In this document: positions 5,837 to 7,481 of the stretch, one piece after another
Position numbering within the stretch: position 1 is the first letter of the stretch
How the letters are laid out: the number at the start of each line of letters is the position of its first letter
Virus record (IMG/VR): IMGVR_UViG_3300037558_002627
Span: 1-7,481 of that record
Length of the DNA: 7,481 nt
Source of the DNA: a virus
Strand: one strand, 5' to 3'
Program-made: the position numbers and the translations under genes
Notes under the pieces: model-generated
What the model saw: the letters and a program-made list of their open reading frames with translations, nothing else
Database searches by the model: none
Told to the model about the DNA's origin: nothing

Positions 5837-6024
5837 TGATCTGGGCGCTAGTGATAGCGACAACCATAAACGGCCCCGGAATCGATGCGGCGCAGTTTGA
5901 AAGCCGAGAACAGTGCAGAAGAGCCGCACTGATCATCGGTGAGATGGCGTATAGGACGGCCGTTGAAAGGGGCGGCGATGAAGAAGCCGCCGACATATAT
6001 GCCAGATGCGAAAAGCGCGAATAG
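5836..6024 (+). CDS. 62-aa protein with hydrophobic N-terminus and two Cys, unknown function
   Basis: ATG overlaps the RHH stop (TGATG), with GGGGA SD 7 nt upstream. Rare-codon rich (ATA, AGA, AGG), unlike the structural genes. An antisense minus-strand ORF also exists here (see rejected list). Confidence 0.5.
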   Translation: MIWALVIATTINGPGIDAAQFESREQCRRAALIIGEMAYRTAVERGGDEEAADIYARCEKRE

Positions 6025-6072
6025 TGCCACCGTGGCACAAAAGTCCACCATTAGAGTAGGTGGACTCTGATC
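6024..6072 (-). other. Ff-type plus-strand origin of replication (nick hairpin plus adjacent palindrome)
   Basis: Minus strand reads AGTCCACC-TACTCTAAT-GGTGGACT-TTTGTGCCACGGTGGCAC. The f1 core, as I recall it, is AGTCCAC-GTTCTTTAATA-GTGGACT-CTTGTTCCAAACTGGAACA. The 8-bp stem is 6042-6049 / 6059-6066 and the palindrome GTGCCAC-C-GTGGCAC is 6024-6038. Same strand as gII. Confidence 0.75.
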
Positions 6073-6221
6073 CCTCCCCGGTGCCCGGTCGCGGCGCCAA
6101 AGAATCAAAGCATGGCTTCGCCACTGGCCGCTGCGCGCCCATCGCAAATGTGCGGGTGTACCTCACGCGCATGAAAGAGAACGCCAACTAGAGCGAAAAG
6201 CGGGTTGGACAGTGAAGGGGC

Positions 6222-6326
6222 GGTACCGAAAACCGAAATCCTGGACGAAAGCTGAAGGCGATTTTGGTACCGTTTAGCGTCGACGTAGATCCTGGCCGGG
6301 AGCAAGATGCCGGCGAAGGCGGTACC
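6222..6326. promoter_or_regulatory. GGTACC-core palindrome array B (3 sites: 6222, 6266, 6321)
   Basis: Sites flanked by A/T runs and preceded by GAAGG(G)CG. Spacings are 44 and 55 bp. The first site begins 3 nt after the stop of the 123-aa RHH gene. Confidence 0.65.
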
Positions 6327-6329
6327 AAA

Positions 6330-6701
6330 TCAGGTGCGACCCTGGCGATTCAGGCGCGCCAGGAAATGGTCCATAGACTCATCGGCCTGGGGCAAGGTCT
6401 CCGGCTCGACGTGGTGCCGCAAACGCAACGGCGCAGTCTCTTTGGGTTGGAAAATATCGCCCTGACTCGCCACCTCAGCGAGCTGAATCGCAGCGTCACG
6501 TGCTGCTGCCAGGGTCTGCTGGTAGACCTTGGCTTGTTGCTTCAGCTCAGCAATCTCAGAACGCGCATGGCGCAGGTCAGCATCAAGGCGCAACGCCTGG
6601 CGAGCTGCATCAGCGAACGCTTTCGACGCGACACGCTCACCGGTGAAGGCAAACATCTTGGCGGCCAATTCGTCGTCGGCCTGGAACTTGACTAGCGGCA
6701 T
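6330..6701 (-). CDS. 123-aa RHH-like + coiled-coil protein (P3), paralog of P1
   Basis: ATG 6701 has GGAG 8 nt upstream and lies 2 nt after the P2 stop. N-terminus is LVKFQA (strand) - DDELAAKMFAFT (helix) - G21 - helix. ADLRHAR (41-47) begins a heptad-like helix. C-terminal tail of about 45 aa. Confidence 0.7.
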   Translation of the reverse strand: MPLVKFQADDELAAKMFAFTGERVASKAFADAARQALRLDADLRHARSEIAELKQQAKVYQQTLAAARDAAIQLAEVASQGDIFQPKETAPLRLRHHVEPETLPQADESMDHFLARLNRQGRT

Positions 6702-6703
6702 AT

Positions 6704-6934
6704 TCAGCGCTCCGGAAAGGCAGATTCAAAGAGGTCACAAACATCGTCGTCCTGATCACCCGACCAACAACCAGCGGCGTGAAGGCCAGCGAGAAAGTCA
6801 CCGAGTCGAACGGGCGAGATCAATCCACGCTCAAGGTCAGAGCAGTAATCATCAAGGCGCTCAACAGCAAGATGGCGATCACCAAGAAGCTGAGTAACGA
6901 GAGTGCGAAGACGAGCAAGCCTTACAGGTACCAT
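6704..6934 (-). CDS. 76-aa acidic orphan protein (P2), net charge about -6, no Lys
   Basis: ATG 6934 has GGAG 7 nt upstream (the track start 7012 is TTG). The ATG is fused to a GGTACC site (ATGGTACC). Tightly coupled to P3. NNT-rich codons. I recognise no family. Confidence 0.6.
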   Translation of the reverse strand: MVPVRLARLRTLVTQLLGDRHLAVERLDDYCSDLERGLISPVRLGDFLAGLHAAGCWSGDQDDDVCDLFESAFPER

Positions 6935-7057
6935 TTTAGTACTCCAGGATGTTCTGCAGGTGACAACAATGGTACCAAAACCATCGAGAGACAGCAAGCG
7001 CTTTGGTACCAAAATATCAACCAGGTGATCGAGCTCGAGGACTAAAAAGGTACCTTT
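6927..7057. promoter_or_regulatory. GGTACC-core palindrome array A (4 sites: 6927, 6971, 7005, 7049) filling the P1-P2 gap
   Basis: Perfect 12-bp palindromes TTTGGTACCAAA (7002-7013) and AAAGGTACCTTT (7046-7057). Spacings are 44, 34 and 44 bp. The outer sites overlap the P1 stop codon and the P2 start codon. Confidence 0.7.
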
Positions 7058-7286
7058 ACAACTCAGAGATCTGTTGCGCGATCAGTCGAAGGCGTTCGAC
7101 CAGGGCATCAAGTTCGGCTCCCTCTTGCTCTTGGCCAGCGAGGCGACGGCGAGCATCGCGAAGATCTGCGAGCAAAACAGGGTACTGAGAAAGGATCCAC
7201 TCGACGGCATCGGAGCCCTTGCGCCCTGGGGCGTACAGCTCGGCATCGCGGATGAGGTAGGAAGGTAGATCGAGGGGCTGTCGCAT
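7056..7286 (-). CDS. 76-aa RHH-like + coiled-coil protein (P1), Mnt-like architecture
   Basis: ATG 7286 has AGGGG 5 nt upstream. PLDLPS (strand) - YLIRDAELYA (helix) - G21RKGS - DAVEWILSQY (helix), then ADLRDAR (40-46) ...LDALVERLRLIAQQISEL coiled coil. Same geometry as P3. Confidence 0.65.
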   Translation of the reverse strand: MRQPLDLPSYLIRDAELYAPGRKGSDAVEWILSQYPVLLADLRDARRRLAGQEQEGAELDALVERLRLIAQQISEL

Positions 7287-7367
7287 AACGGCCCCTATGT
7301 TACGCGACGCCCGGAGCTACGCCAGTGTCCGGACGCCGCTCAACATAAGGGCGGCATTATGCGAAGC
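7278..7367 (-). other. Two inverted dif-like XerC/XerD sites forming a long imperfect hairpin (candidate folded attP and/or packaging signal)
   Basis: Minus strand 7367->7338 reads GCTTCGCATAA-TGCCGCCC-TTATGTTGAGC. Plus strand 7278->7305 reads CTGTCGCATAA-CGGCCC-CTATGTTACGC. In-register pairing gives 20 of 25 positions between 7291-7315 and 7328-7352, plus 8 bp between 7281-7288 and 7357-7364. Confidence 0.6.
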
Positions 7368-7481
7368 CTAGGATGCACGGGAATGGCCTCACAGTGCCGC
7401 AGGCGGCGGGTTTACAAGCGGATTGTGGTTGGCGGTCTGCTGCACCGTTTCGCCGGTCGACTCGCTACGCTCGCCACCGGC
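7355..7481. repeat. Right copy of the terminal overlap; 7389-7481 re-reads the 3' end of gI (not a second gene)
   Basis: Identical to 1-127. The gI stop codon at 35-37 corresponds to 7389-7391. Confidence 0.97.

Larger units (their letters stand above)
1..7354 (-). mobile_element. Complete circular filamentous phage (inovirus-type) genome or replicative form, 7,354 bp unique
   Basis: Exact end overlap closes the circle. The gene order gII/gX - ssDNA-binding-like - small membrane proteins - coat - gIII - gVI - gI(Zot) is all on one strand. An Ff-like origin hairpin lies on that same strand. Confidence 0.9.

Noticed and set aside
6024-6066. The two hairpins after orf62 as a rho-independent terminator of the plus-strand operon
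   Set aside because: No T-tract follows either stem on the plus strand, and the sequence matches the Ff origin layout on the minus strand much better.
5848-6147. Minus-strand ORF (99 aa from TTG; 67 aa from an ATG inside the origin loop) antisense to orf62, encoding a TM-like segment
   Set aside because: It has no SD and would start within or run through the origin hairpin. However, its third codon positions are pyrimidine-rich like the structural genes, so I cannot fully exclude it. It needs Ribo-seq or comparative data to decide against orf62.
6264-6695. 143-aa plus-strand ORF antisense to P3, plus ORFs 6529-6897 and 6779-7045
   Set aside because: These are shadow ORFs with Arg/Gln-rich translations and no SD. 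The minus-strand genes have SDs, coupling and recognisable RHH patterns.
6704-7012. 102-aa TTG-initiated long form of P2
   Set aside because: It would translate through three operator palindromes. The ATG at 6934 has a GGAG SD.
6222-7200. CRISPR array, or an engineered polylinker (KpnI x7, SalI, PstI, SacI/XhoI, BglII and BamHI sites all in this region)
   Set aside because: The repeats are only 6-12 bp with no constant repeat-spacer unit, so this is not CRISPR. The restriction sites are dispersed over about 1 kb, embedded in ORFs and phased arrays rather than contiguous, so a natural palindrome-rich regulatory region is more likely than a vector remnant.

Overview
This window is a complete, circularly closed filamentous-phage (inovirus-type) genome. 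Bases 1-127 are repeated exactly at 7355-7481, so the unique molecule is 7,354 bp. The core genes lie on the minus strand in classical inovirus order: gII with nested gX, orf74, a gV-like gene, a Cys-rich orf68, orf79, a 44-aa major coat gene missing from the ORF track, a strong terminator, a 24-aa micro-ORF, gIII, gVI and gI (Zot-like). Most junctions are translationally coupled (TGATG or ATGGTTGA overlaps). gII is clearly homologous to Ff (M13/f1) gene II, and a matching Ff-type plus-strand origin sits at 6024-6072 on the same strand. I find no secretin (gIV) and no integrase. Instead, two inverted dif-like XerC/XerD sites at 7278-7367 can fold into a long hairpin in the packaged strand, giving a candidate CTX-type attP. 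Two accessory modules interrupt what is non-coding intergenic DNA in Ff phages. The first is a divergent plus-strand cassette (RHH protein plus a 62-aa protein) behind an AAATCAC iteron field, lying between the origin and gII. The second is the most unusual part: a minus-strand cassette of two paralogous RHH + coiled-coil proteins bracketing an orphan acidic 76-aa protein. Each RHH gene is followed by an array of GGTACC-core palindromes. All 7 GGTACC sites in the genome are here, spaced about n x 11 bp apart. That cassette is my best candidate for an undescribed regulatory, anti-defence or immunity system. All homology statements rest on my memory of reference sequences and on reading the sequence, with no database search.
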